This document shows positions 25,797 through 39,368 of a stretch of 64,000 nt of DNA, one piece after another (within the stretch, counting starts at the first letter, position 1; each line of letters opens with the position of its first letter). This DNA is from Rhizophagus irregularis (Eukaryota). The notes under the pieces were generated by a model that saw only the letters and a list, made by a program, of their open reading frames with translations, did no database searches and was not told where the DNA came from. The stretch is taken from NCBI RefSeq assembly GCF_026210795.1, contig NC_089429.1, forward strand, positions 496,001 through 560,000. Reading direction: 5' to 3'. The translations under genes and the position numbers were made by a program.

Positions 25797-26510
25797 AATT
25801 AAAAAAATACATCATGGAAATAAATCAAAAAATTGCAATGCAGCACTAACTTTTAACATATAATTTAACTAATGGTGTTTTTTAGAGAGGTTTTTCAGTG
25901 GCTTTTTTGTGATTATAAATTTATAATGTTCAGATACTCTAACGGTTCCTGTAGTAATATGATATACTAAACACTGAAAAAGTTTAATGGTATGGGATTC
26001 ATCGAGTTACATGTAGTGCCGATAGTAATTTAGTATTTCAAGATTCATTAATCCCCAAATTCGATATATTATAGATCAAGTCAATTCGAAAATCGATCAC
26101 GTTAGAAAGAAATCGGAAAATTCGTAAAAAAACGAGCAAAACCATTGTTTACAATCGAAGTCATGTGATTGAAAATTCTGTCGTAAATGCGCCACGTTAC
26201 TCATCCAGGACAGCCGATTACGAGCCAAAGGCTGAGTCGAGGCTGATGACGCTTTTATTAAGATATCCGATGACAGTTCTGAGGATGAAGAAAGCCAGAA
26301 TAAAACGTCAGCAAGTTCTTCCAATTCTGTTCTGATGATAACAACTCCGATATAAACTCGAATCACCTGATCCATGATGAACTCCTACGCAAAAAAATGG
26401 CGAGGTTAGGGGAGATGGCTGATCTTGACCTTGGCCTCGACGACCCTTGCGACAAAGGAACACGAGGCGATTCTTGACGAAGAATATATAGACTAGAAAT
26501 GCCTGAACTA

Positions 26511-27434
26511 TAAGGATGGTCATCGGTCCTACCGGTCCTACTCGGTCCTGGACCGGTCGGTCCCAGGACTTGTAGGACCGGACCGCGGTCTTGCATTTTT
26601 TTGTGGCGCAGTAGGACCGGTCCTGAGGACCGACCAGTCCTCATACCGGTCTTCATATAATAAATGATTTTTATATTGAATAAACCTATTAATCTGACAA
26701 AGGTCTTCATAAAATAATATAAAGACCGGCCATTTCCAAACCAATAAATAATTCCCACTTGTAGAGTTGCTTGTCAAAACGCTGAAACTCCGAAACTCCG
26801 AAAAAAGCGTTTAAGCGGAATATCTCGTCATCCAGTGATCATAAAAGGATGAAACCACCACCATTCGAATCGTCTCAGCGAGACGCGTCGAATGGTGACT
26901 AAATCATGTTTCTAGGATCGATAGATAGTCGGTAATTATTGAATTTATTATCAAATAGTTTTGCCGATGTAATTTTTTTTATCGATTCTAAAATCATGAT
27001 TTTGATACCATTCGACGCGCCGCAGCGAGAAGATTCGAATGGTGGTAAAATCATCCTTTTATAATCACTGGATAGCGAGATATTACGTTTTGAAGTATTT
27101 TTTCTCAAAGCTTTAAATTTTGCATGACGTTGTGATGATATCCAGGTGATTTGTAAAAAAAAATTTATATTAAAAATCATCATCCCAATTAGTGTTCATT
27201 TATAAAACAAGGCTATTCCTAATAAAGTTAGGGAAGAAAATCTTTTTTTATTTGCAAAAAAAGAAAAAAGACCGATCGGTCTTAAAAAGACTGCGGTCCT
27301 TAAAAAGACCGACGGTCTTATTATATGTGATACAGGACCGAAAGACCGCGGTCCTACACTAAGACGGACCGGTCCGTCTTTTTATGGTGTAGGACCGTAG
27401 GACCGCGGTCTTCTAGGACCGATGACCATCTTTA
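26511..27434. mobile_element. Non-autonomous hAT element (924 bp)
   Basis: 21-bp TIR TA(A)(G/A)GATGGTCATCGGTCCTA with 1 mismatch; perfect 8-bp TSD CTGAACTA; many GGACCG/CGGTCC subterminal repeats; internal palindrome 26819-27084. Confidence 0.93.
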
Positions 27435-28876
27435 CTGAACTACGATATTCTACGCGAAGAAATGGCTCGATCAGAAGGAATCTCGGTACAAGCATAATCC
27501 GGTCATGTGAAATGCGCAGCGGAAAATTCTTACCAAAAATAGGGGCTGTGCAACGTAAGATTTACTTTTGACGCGTTCGAGGCATGAAAAAATATATCAT
27601 TTCACAGGATTCGTCTTCAGCACTACGGCACCGGGAGTATAATTTCAAATAATACAAGAGGACTGACTGTCACCTTTCAGCTAATTTACTCGTGCTTAAA
27701 AATTTCTTGATAAAGATCTGTCTAACTGTCTTTTTCTGACTTCCTTCCTCCTCAAATTTCGGCACGATCGTAAATTCACAGTCATTATGAGTAATTTACT
27801 CGCCGCGTGCTAAAGGGTTTTTTAAAGAATCTTACCAGGTCACTACCTGAGTCAAGAGGATCAGTACACTTACTGCCCCTTTATGTGCGACTTTCCTTTT
27901 GTTCTTATAATTAAATCTTGTTTGAACTAGTTTATTCATGAAAAATATCTAACTAAACTCGCAAGGGTAATCGTTTGAACATCCAAAATTTTTTTACAAT
28001 GTGGTTCTACCCGATTGGAGGTAGGTGTATGTTCACTTTACTAATTCTCAGCACTGTTAGCAGAATAACACTTTTAATTATAATTTTAAACATTACAATA
28101 GATCGCGCGACAACGAAATATTGCAATTTCAAAGGTAGTTTTATACCTATAATTAATCATCATGTTAATGGAACTTGTTTATAATCAGTCAAGGGCTAAG
28201 ATTATTGCGGACACAAGGTATTATCCTTGTGAGAAGCATCATATGATTTTCATGGATCTGACATGATTGCAGAATATTCACTTAATCGATCAAATCCAAA
28301 CGAGACTTAAATGAACGATATTGAAAGCGATCTATAATCAGAAAAAAAATGACGAATTACGGATGATTATAAATCAACTCTGCTAAACAGGGACAGGATA
28401 TAATTTTAATATATAATTTTCACAAAATGTTCTTTAATTCTTTAGCTAATCTTTTGGACATATGCACAGATTAGAAAATCTAGTTCCTCAACCATATAAT
28501 GAAGAATCGTTTTTAAAGAGTTTTTTTATGTAGGTGATCTGGAATCTTTAGCAAATGTTTAGATGAAAATCAAATCGATATGGGCAATGCGTCTAATGAC
28601 CTCATATATGCGCGAACGCTGTTGGATCAGTTTTTCTTTATGTACAAAAAATGAATACGAATTTATACTTATATTGGACACTAATTAGAAAGGCATTTCT
28701 TGGAAAGCTGATATGAAATTAAGTTGCGGAGATTTAGCATCCAATTCTTATGAAAAATTAAATATTGGTGGTCGAAGTACCCCTAGATTAGATGAAAAAG
28801 ATCTTCTAAAAGCATTAGGAACAGAATTACTTGTACAATAAGAGGAGTACACACCATATGTACGAATTTCAAAATA

Positions 28877-29077
28877 GTGCATTTAGAGAGGTTGTGCATT
28901 TATAAAGGTAAAATAATTAGAGATCATATAAGCTTGAGATCGAATCAGAGGGTGCATTTAGAGAGGGTATACATAATGGGTGCAATTATGGAGGGTGCAA
29001 TTATGGAGGGTACAATTATGGAGGGTGCAATTATGGAGAGTGCAATTATGGAGAGTGCAATTGTAGAGGTCTAACTG
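28877..29077. mobile_element. Right end of a Tc1-like MITE related to 21971-22565, with a 15-bp tandem array
   Basis: About 6 copies of GGGTGCAATTATGGA ending TAGAGGTCTAACTG|TA; left end not found. Confidence 0.6.
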
Positions 29078-30199
29078 TATTAAGTCTTACACGTGGTAAA
29101 AGAAAAGGATACTTGAGCATTGTTTAAAAATAATTTTAACACCGCTTTATATTGCATTACCGACATCAACAAAAGATTACATTACATAGATTGAAACATA
29201 TAGTCTTCAGTCGAACGGATTTCGACTTACGGTACCTTGTTTGAGAGATATATAAATATAAAGTCTTTTGAATTTAGAACACTATCATTACTATGGGTCT
29301 ACAGGATGTAGAAATTCACTATAGAAGGTTTCCCGAAATTGATAAAAGCTATTAAGGTAATTCTTTCGTGAAAAGCACGCACTGAAAAAAATACTTGGCG
29401 ATTTTACGAAATAATAAAAATAGGTAACAGCCATCTTGAAAACGGAACACAATTTTCTCCCAAAAAGATGTCTGTATAAACTAAATATTATATGAAAGTA
29501 ACAGGTAATTTAGTTGATCTTGTAACTCGCAATACTAGTCGTAATTTAAAAAATAAAGTTTTATTTTTCTTGACTTTTTGCTTGCGTTGGGATGATAAAA
29601 TTTTTATTGGCAAAAGCGTTTTTACGCGGACACGTGATTTTCACTTTGATTGCAAGGCAATAAGTGGTATACGTAGAATTTGAATCTGTCCATCCGGATA
29701 TCTGAAAAACTTGTATCCGCGGGACATCATAAATTGTTTAGATTACCAATATAAATGAAAAGATGATCTGTGTTTCGCTCAAAGAAGTTGCCAAAAGTGC
29801 TATCCGAAAGAAAACGGAGAGAGCTAGAAATGTTTATGATTTTTTTTCCACCCTTCGTTAGAACGAACTGATTAATGGAAAAACTAGTCGCCATAGCAGT
29901 GAACGAACAAAGGGAAATAAAATTCAATAGATGGCATACATCTAACGAATAAAAAGTTTGGCGCAGTGATCACGTGGTACCTGAATTCCACGTTCTCAGC
30001 AATGAATGATTTATTACGCATAAGAAAAATTAATAAAGTTTTGCCTAATATGCCTAATATACAGTAAGTCTTGGTATATAATACGGCAATATTCACCAAT
30101 TTAATTATAGCTACGTATTATATAGCCTTGCTGAAATAATCAACTCAAAGCAAGGACCCACTCAGTTTTAAGTAATTGAATATATTTTCTTTCTTTTGT

Positions 30200-30560
30200 T
30201 TTACCGCTCCACATGCACCATATACCCCAGCAGGAATTAAAACAATCCTTTCATCTCCGCGAGTGGTATAATATCTACCCGCTTCCTAGACATATTTTGC
30301 TAATGATACTCTTCCATAAGCCCGTTGTATGACCGTTGCAATTTCCGAACTAGTACCAATGGCGCCACATTATCTCCGGAAGCACCTTTGATTCAAACAC
30401 TGTAATTTGAGATCTTCCTTTTCACGCATTTTTCCATACATAATCAAAATATGCATTAACCAATGCACCTCTTTAGGTGGATAAATTCATTCTTGGAGAA
30501 GTGGTTCGGGTTATATTCAAGAAGTTTCTTAAATGGAACACGAATCCAGTATCTCATCAC
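30200..30560 (-). pseudogene. Decayed coding fragment of unknown family
   Basis: Minus strand gives protein-like pieces YWIRVPFKKLLEYNPNHFSKN / GALVNAYFD / FESKVLPEI separated by frameshifts and stops. Confidence 0.35.
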
Positions 30561-31075
30561 TATGTAGATTGATTAATTCTTGTACTACTCATGTCTGTTA
30601 CAAATCCAGTTGGTCCTAACCATCTTTACAAATGTTTAAGCGATTTATAGCATTTGATTTAACGATTACAGTAATATAGCGATTTATCAAGTTTATGCTC
30701 TAAAAAATAGATTCACTCAAGCACAGTATTTCATGATGAATGTGCCTGGAACACACGCATGACATAACAAGCTTATCTGATAACGGTGGCATTTTATACA
30801 GGATATACTGGTTTAAAAGACTAGCCTGATCGGCATATACGAAAAAAAATAATAACCATTTGTGGTGTTGTGAGGTTAACTATTTTCGTCTTTAGGTACA
30901 AGGATCTTAACAATTTTCTTTTTTTCAGAAATAAGGGGTATATATATTGATATCATTTTCATGCACAACGCCTTTCGGCCAAATGTTCCCAGATCTATAT
31001 TTTGATACGGGTTCACTATTCCAATTTTACAAGCATCAATGGGTAAATACAAAATCCTTACCGTGTAAGCGTATA

Positions 31076-31490
31076 CAGTCTGAACTCTATGTAACCACAC
31101 CTTAAATAGTCACACCTCTTTATAAGCACCCATTTTTGTAGAACAGATTTTAGTACTATTAGATTACCTCCATATCAGTTATACTGTAGTCACTATTACA
31201 TAAAATTCTTAACATACATATTATTAAAAAAAACCTCGAAATTACTTATAAATTATAATTCTGGCCGCGTATTAATTTTTAGCTGAAATTATAATATATT
31301 TGTAAGTCGTAATTTCCTTATTAGGAAAATTTTATAATTCCGACCAGCACTATATTTGGCCAAAATGTCAATATTTTTATAATTTCGGCCAGAATTTAAT
31401 TTTGATTAAATTAAAATTTTCTATATAATCACTCCTCCAATTTTAAAGGAACCGAATAAGTGCTATATGTGTTATATGGAGATCAGACAG
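31076..31490. mobile_element. Degenerate Tc1/mariner-like MITE
   Basis: TA|CAGTCTGAACTCTATGTAAC versus GTTATATGGAGATCAGACAG|TA (16/20 match). Confidence 0.6.
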
Positions 31491-31530
31491 TATATAATAA
31501 TCACAGATTTATTTTAATAAGCAAATATTT

Positions 31531-34441
31531 CACTATAAAAAAATAATAATAAAAAATAATGCAAACCAATTATATCTTATTTTTATATGGTAGCTTGGGA
31601 TAGTTAACTAAAAAGTAAAATTTGAATAGAAATTACAAAAAAGTGAAATCTGAAAAAGTGAAATCTGAATAGAAATTATAGAAAAATAATATTCAAAAAA
31701 TGATGGTAATAATAAAGAAGTTAATAAATATGGTTCAATTCCTTTTTTTTTTTGTCTTTATATCATTTTATTTTCTATGAATATAGTACTTCTAGTGTTT
31801 TAATTTTTTACTTTAAAGAAGTCTAATTAAAAAAGTTAGTTTATTATATTTCTTTTATATAGAGATCCAAATAATATATAAATAGATTAGTTGTAAAAGT
31901 TGTTTATTAGTTATATAAATTTTCATAAGTTAATTATTTCAGAATATGTTTTAAATTTTCTTATTCTACATACTTCCTGTTTTTAAATAATCTACTGATT
32001 GGATTTTAATAAATTTTATATCATTGGATTCATCTTAACAAGAGAATTTAATAATAGCAAAATTGGATTTTTAATATTGATAATAGCTGAGTTATTATAG
32101 GTTAAAAATTGACTATATATATTTATTGTGTTATATTCAGAATTCTGATTAAATACTTATTTAATATTAGCATTTAGTTATTTGACTAGAAGTTAGCTGT
32201 TGATTATTTAACTATTTTAGCCAGCCAAAATAGCTAAACTTTTTAATAAATTTTAGCTGGCTAAAATAGCTAAATCTTTAAGATATAAAAAGAAAAATAT
32301 AAAAAAAAAATTAAAAAGAAAAAAAATTCTTTAAGATTTATTTAGATTTTTTTTAAGATTATTTAAGTTTTTTTAAAATTTATTAGATTTTTTTAAAAGT
32401 TTATTAAATTTATTTAAAGTTTATTTGTGTTTCTTTAAAATTTATTTATATTTTTTAGGATTTATTTGTATTTCTTTAGAATTTATTTAAATTTCTTTAG
32501 AATTTATTTGGATTTCTTAGAAGTTATTAGGTTTATTTAATATTTGTTAAATTTTTTTTAAAATTTGTTTAAATTTAAATTATTTGTTTATTTTTATAGG
32601 GGTCTGGTACAAAATCCCGAATGTCAAAATCCCAAAAATCCTGAACCAGGCAGCATTATGCTTAATGCTGGCCAATTTTTCAGGATTTTGTACCATTTGG
32701 GATTTTGACATTTGGGATTTTGTACGGATTTCTTTTATAGTATTAAATTTATTTAAATTGTTAGATTCATTGCTTAAATATATTAGTTATTTTTATTTAG
32801 ATTTATTAGATTATTATATTTTAAATTAAAATCAAAAAGTTTATATTAAAATTATATAATTTATTATAATTAGATGATTTATATTTATACTTTCTAAGCA
32901 TATTACTATATTTGCTAAATAAGTAGAGAAATATTTTATTTTATATAAAATTATTTTTAATAAAGTTACTATTTTAAAAATTTAAATAAAAAAAATATAA
33001 TTTATATTTGTATAGCAGATATTATTATAAATAAAAACAATGGACTTATGGGATATATCTGCAAATAGGTAGAGTGTAATTTATTTATAATAGGTTTAGT
33101 TTATGTAAATTTTCCAAATATTATTCTCTTTGAGTATAATATTAAAAAAAGAAATAAATAAATAAAAATAATTTTAAAAAAATTGTAGATAAATTTTCTG
33201 CATATTATATTGATATTTTTTAAAATAATTTTAAAATTTAACTATATATTTATATTTATATAATAAAAGAATGACCAAAAATAATGTAATTTAAATTTCA
33301 GAATTTTTACTCTATATTATCATCTATTTTAGGAATGCAAAATTAAAACATAATTCCAGCCAAAATTATATTAACTACAAATTTACAAAAATGGAAAATG
33401 TGTAATATCATCATAATCTGCTCTTTTTAGAATGTTATTTTTGGCTATTTTTAAATAAAGTAAAAGGCAATTTAAATACCAATTATTAATTTTATATAGA
33501 AACTAATATTTGCAATTTATTTTTATAAAATTATAAAATTTAAAAAATATAAAATAATAAATAAGTAAATAGTAATTGTAATAGAATAAAATTTAATTTA
33601 TTTAATAGTTTATTATAATGTATCAAGTAGTAGTAATTATATATTTTTAATATCATTATAAATAGTAAAAAAGTATTTTATTATCTTTTATAATAATTTA
33701 AATTAATTATAATTTATTATTTATAGATATTAAGGTTATAAATTAAATCATAGTTATAATTTAATGCAAAATAATGAAGTGAATCCAATAAATTTATTTT
33801 ATCCTTTTATGATTACTAGAAGGTAAGTTATAAATTTAAATTTCAAAATTTAATTATTTAAACTATTTTATATAAAAATTGTATTAATTAATAGGCTATT
33901 TTTTTTTTTATTTTTACTCCAAAAATACTATAAATTTTAATATAAAAATGTTATTTTTTTTAAAAAAACTTGTTATAAGTATTTTATTAGATTAAAGTTT
34001 TAAATAATGTAATTTTTTTTAGAAAAATTAAAATACAAACTGGATTTAAAATTTATACACCGATTTTAAAATCTTAAAATTTACGACTTTGTCCACTTTA
34101 AAAATTACTTAATATGAAAAAAAAAATTGATTTAGAATGCTGATATTGGGTTTAAAGCCGTTTGATCACGTGATTTTTCATACCAACTATGAGGCGTGAC
34201 AATAAAATTTATAAATAGTAAAAATGGAAAACTAGGGTGATGAATTTTAAAATCACGTGATCAAACCGGCTTTTAAGTTTGATTATTACATTTGTTAATT
34301 GGCAATTAAAAAAATGTTTTCCAAAATTTGCAGGGAAATTTGCTTGCAAAATCGAATAGGAGATTATTAGATAAATATTGTACAGAATAAATCTAACCAA
34401 TGAAATTTATTAAATCATATTGCCAAAATTTTTTGGTAGTG
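31531..34441. mobile_element. Decayed CACTA/EnSpm-like element (~2.9 kb), AT-degraded interior
   Basis: ttt|CACTATAAAAAAA ... TTTTTTGGTAGTG|ttt. These ends coincide with the limits of an extremely AT-rich block, but a TTT TSD is weak evidence in this background. Confidence 0.45.
32600..32732. mobile_element. Mutator-like MITE
   Basis: ~34-bp TIR around GTACAAAATCCC(G/A)AATGTCAAAATCCCAAA; 8-bp direct repeat TTTTATAG on both flanks. Confidence 0.75.
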
Positions 34442-34709
34442 TTTATTATATTTATTTTATCCAATGTTTTTTTCTTTCTTTTATTATTATTATTATTATT
34501 ATTTTTTATTGTCAACCCAATAAAGCGAATTGAACAAGTTTATTTATTTTTATTTTTTTACATTTGACATTTTTTTTATTCAGACAGGATTCTATCCCTT
34601 ATTAGTGCTGACAGATCCATTGTCTTCCTTAGACTTTGCACAATAAAGGGTAAAGAAAATAAAAATCTCTACTGTTATAGTCCTTTGGAATACACTCATG
34701 ATTTGTGAC

Positions 34710-34931
34710 ACCAACCATAAAAGCAGGTACATTGGCTAATCTTCTTCCAGGAAAGACGGTTTCTCCTATATTCTTCTCCAACTTTTTTTTTTTATCTATA
34801 AACCTGTATCATTAAAACTATGTTAAAACTTAAAAGCAGGAAGCTTAATAAATAGATGATACTGCAAATCTTTTTTGGCCCCTTTGATAACGTCAACCTT
34901 CCAAAATTTTAGACTGTCAGATTGTTGACAT
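34710..34931 (-). pseudogene. Decayed dispersed repeat/gene fragment (possible Crinkler-like N-terminus), related to 47225-47805
   Basis: Shares TTTTATCT(A/G)TA(A/G)ACCTGTATCATTAAAACTATG and GATTGTTGACATT with the 47-kb copy; minus strand reads MSTI then (frameshift) DSLKFWKVDV. Confidence 0.35.
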
Positions 34932-37900
34932 TAAGTTTATAACAAACAAGGGTAATTTTATATCGAATATATTTTTCCGTAATAAAGTAATAAAATATTT
35001 TTTTTTTTAGAGAAGTGTGTGTATATTTAAGAAAGAAGTTTGAAGTTTATTAAAAAAGAAAGAAGGAAATTTTATATTGAATATATCTTTTTTTTTCTAA
35101 GAAATTTTTTTAAAAAAAGAAAGAAGTTTTGAATTTTTTCAACAAGTGTTGAGAAATACAAATTGTTAATAAAAATTTAATCAAGTATATATATAACTAG
35201 GTCAGAAAACCTAGTAACCTACTACTCATTTATTTAATTATGTAGTATCATTATAAAATTACTTCTCTTGAAGTATCTTCAGTATAACGATAATAATAAT
35301 CGTTAAATTTTTTCTTAATCAGGTACAAGATAAAAAATCATGTAAAAAAAATCGGTTTCCTAAAAATATCATGATTAAACGAAGTACGCGCAATAATAGA
35401 CTGATACACTTACGCTTCGGACAATTAGCCGTAGGTAATTTGTAATTTTGCGTGGCGTATTTATACAAGTGTATATTGTATATACTTTGGATACTTAGGA
35501 ATGGGAACCTTTAAAAGAATTTATCGTATTTTAATATCTGTTCGGAGCGTCCGAGGCGTTGTAATCTTTTTAAAAAAATGTATCACTGCATCATTAAATT
35601 TATCATAAATATATATTAAAAGTACTACGTTGCAGATTTTCTGTTTATTTCCATGACGTTAACATTAATTGCAAAATTTTTGAAACAGGTTAATTAGAAT
35701 GACAAAACAATTATATAATCGGTTACACCTGATCCTAAAATTTCATTGGCCATTACACGTGGCGTGACAGTGAAGAAAAAAATGGTTCAGCCATTTTTAC
35801 GTAAGTATTGTTATCGTTATATATATTTGTTAATAATATTCATGAATCACATTTGTTTAACCTTGTCAATTAATCTGAATAGCATTTTGAGGGTTTAATC
35901 CCCTTTAAAGATGTAAAGATGCGCTAAATTATTTAAACGATCGTCAACATTTTTAGGAAAATCAGGGTCGTTTTGCTTAACGAATACAAATCAACAATTA
36001 TTTGTAGACAAATGAAAAAAATTCTACTCTTTTTTAGTGAGGAAAGTATGTTATATTTATATCCGATTTTTTTTTAAAATGATTTTTTAAGTAATGTTTG
36101 AATTGCAGTGGTCTGATGTTTTGTTCATGCTGGGCTTTCAAGAAAATTTCCTGATTATTCGCCGAAACAAGTTTATCATCGGTAATTCGGTACTATAATT
36201 ATAAAGAATAAATCAAATATTTGTCGACTACCAATTTTTCCGATGATGGCTGACAAATCGATAAAAATTTGGCTAGCTTTTTATAGATTAGAATAAAAAA
36301 AAATACACTCACAATTTCTATGATCAAATGACACAAGACTAAACCCAGATCGTCATTTAAAAAAAAAAAAAAGATTCTAATAGAATATATACTGTATAAG
36401 GGTACTTTTGTGAATGATAATCAAAAATTGATGATACGGTTAAAATATTATAGATCTACGTAGAAGATTGACAATTCTTGTACTCCCAAGATTCCCAAGA
36501 AAATGAAGAAAATCATGAATAAATACGGGATGTTGAAAGCCTCCGCATCATATTATGATCACGTGAGAACAATAATCATTTATTGTGATACAAGATGGAA
36601 AGTTTTCTATTTTTATGATAAAAAATATTATTACTAAGGGCGTGGGCAAAAAAAAAACTCGATTTAATTATTAACATAAAAGGTGTGGGCCAAAAAAAAA
36701 AACGATTATATATGTTTTTGAACTTTTTAATTTAATTGGCTAATGACACATTTATTGTGAAACAGAACAGTCATATGATTCATTAATCATCATTGACTTT
36801 GGCCATAAAAATATAAATTTATTTCAGAATTTGATTAAGTGTTTCTCTTCATTGAAATTTTTAAGATCTAAACTTATTTTGTATAATCTTTCCATAAAAG
36901 ATTTTATAATAATAATAATTATAAATGATACATCAAATGTATACCCCTTAAAAATCCGCATTCCGTATTTAAGCGATCTTTGTATTTTTTTGTATTCACG
37001 CAAATCTCATTTCGACACGTTCATTTTTAGGTAACGCGTTAAAACGACCGTTACTTGAAATACGCGTATTTTAATAATAAACACGTGATTTATTCGATTT
37101 GTTCGATTTTGTTCTATTTGACGTAAATTCTAAAAATATCTAAAAAGATTAAGATTGATAATTAATTTTTAAATTACGTGTTTAAAAAAAATCAAATAAT
37201 AAATTAGTTTTTTTTTTTTACAATCAAAAAAACAACTTATTAATATTTCTTTTTCATTTATTCGATTATTTTTTTTTTTGAAGAATTTTTTTTAAAAAAA
37301 AATGCTGATTAAATGGATTTTGAAATGTAGATTTTTTTTTTTTGATGTGATAAATAAAAATTCAACCCATTAGATTGTTACAAAATTCAAATATACTTTG
37401 TATGAGAAATAATTATTTTTTTTTTTCGACACTCATTCAAATTAAAAACCAAAGAAAAAATAAAAAAAAAGTGAAATGCTATATATTAGATTTTTGCAAA
37501 AAGAAAAAAAAAAAAGAAAAAAAAAATTAAAAGAAATCTACAATGTTTAAGAAATTAAAAAAAAAAATTTAACTACAGGTAATATATATATATATATATG
37601 TATATAATTCTCTAAAAAAAAAAACACAAAATCTTTCAGAAGAAAAAGAAAAGAAAAAATTACATAAACTTTTTTTAGAAAAAAAAAAAGGAAAAAAAAA
37701 GTCTTTACCAAAAAAAATTTTTTTGATTCTCTAAGTTTTTTTTAATACAACAAAAGAACTTTTTTTGTACGATTCAACGAATCGGAGTCGGAGTAATCGG
37801 AGTAATAATAATAAATACTATTTCGTCATTAGGTACCATTATGTAATATTCCATTTATGTAATATTTGTAAGTATTGGCGATAAATATTATAAAATTCAT

Positions 37901-37999
37901 CCGAAAACGTCCAGGTTAATGTAACTCCTATAAAATATTATAAAAAAAAATATTAAGTAAAAAAAAAGGAAACGGACTTTAAAATCAATATATGAATAA

Positions 38000-39368
38000 T
38001 TAATTATACATACTTCTTATAACTTGACCAAATTTTTGAATAGCGGAAGCAATACTCCATCTTCCTAATACGACAACAGAACCTTGTTTAATTCCCCAAT
38101 CGATAAATTTTTGACATTCCAATAAAGTTTGTTTTTCGGAAGGAATTTGAAATTGATGAACTTTTAGAAATTCTTCAACAGTAGAAGTGTCCCATATATT
38201 TGGACTATCAAGAAAAGCTTGCCAATCAGATTGAATAATATATTCATCAAGTTCATTTTTACTATCACCAATTATAGCAAGTAATTTTAAATTTGGAAAA
38301 TATGATTTCGTTAAACCTTCATACATAGTTTCACCAAATCCTATACAATCTTTAAATTTTAATTTTTGTAAATTTTTACATGCAGTAAGATTTTCCCAAG
38401 GTAATTCTTCACAACTCCTAAAATCTATTTTCCAAAAATGAATTGAACAAAGACTTTTCGATTGTGTTGATAATGAAGGAAAAATTGTATTAGGTATAAC
38501 ATTGGCAACTTTAAGGGATTTTAAACGAGTTTGAGTATTTACAAATTCTCGTAAAGATTCCAATTCTTCTGTATAATTTGGAGGTGAATCTTGAAGATAT
38601 ACGAATAATTTATCCTATAATAATAATAATAATACAAAAAAATTATCGGTTGAGGAAATGATCGACAAAAAAGGTCACGTGAACAAGAAATGAAAAAAGA
38701 ATCATAATCTCACCCCCTAAAAAACTTACCAAATTTTTACAAGAATCTTTTAATTCAGTTAAAACTCGATCTTTAACGAATTCACCTTGAATTTTTAATT
38801 TTCTAACCGGTTCTAATAAATTTTTAAATTCTCGTTCTATTAATCTTGTATATCTATAATCGGTTGCTTTTCGTGAAAGCCATTCACCGAGAACCAAATG
38901 TAATAATATAACGGATCTTGTAAGAAATAATTTAAATAATGCTCTTATCATTAAAGAGATTGAATTATAAGGAGCATTTTCTAAATAACCACACCAAACA
39001 TCAACGGATTGACAAAATCTGTCATAGTCTAATCTTTTCAACATAGAAGCATAATCAAAAGTAGGTCTTGCATAACTTTTTCTGTTTAACTCTAAACCTT
39101 CCTCTTCAAGATAAATATATTCTTCGTAACCAAAACATGAAATATAAGTATCAACTAATTTTGCATTTCCATTTTTAAAATAATAAAAAGGATTTCTCCA
39201 TAAAAGTGGTATAGCAGCTCTACACCATGAACGATTTACTAAAATACAAGAATGTAAATAACGTCTTATATCATAATCATCATTATTTGGATTTTTACTA
39301 GATTTACGAATAGATGTAAAAATGATTCTTAAAACGTCTAATGGCAATCTTGATGCGACCGATGACAT
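38000..39368 (-). CDS. F-box/LRR protein, 2 exons, ~417 aa
   Basis: Exons 39368-38730 and 38614-38000 (GTAAGT...TAG intron) join in frame; LPLDVLRIIF...LHSCILVNRSWCRAAIPLLW F-box-like motif plus LRRs. Confidence 0.88.

Noticed and set aside
26097..27183. Several minus-strand ORFs
   Set aside because: They cross or lie within the hAT MITE repeats and palindrome; no recognisable protein.
28877..29074. ORF with (MEGAI)n repeats
   Set aside because: Translation of a 15-bp MITE subterminal array.
34510..34930. Solo LTR (TGTCAAC...GTTGACA)
   Set aside because: No TSD (TTTAT vs TTAAG), and the right end is better explained as part of the repeat shared with 47.8 kb.
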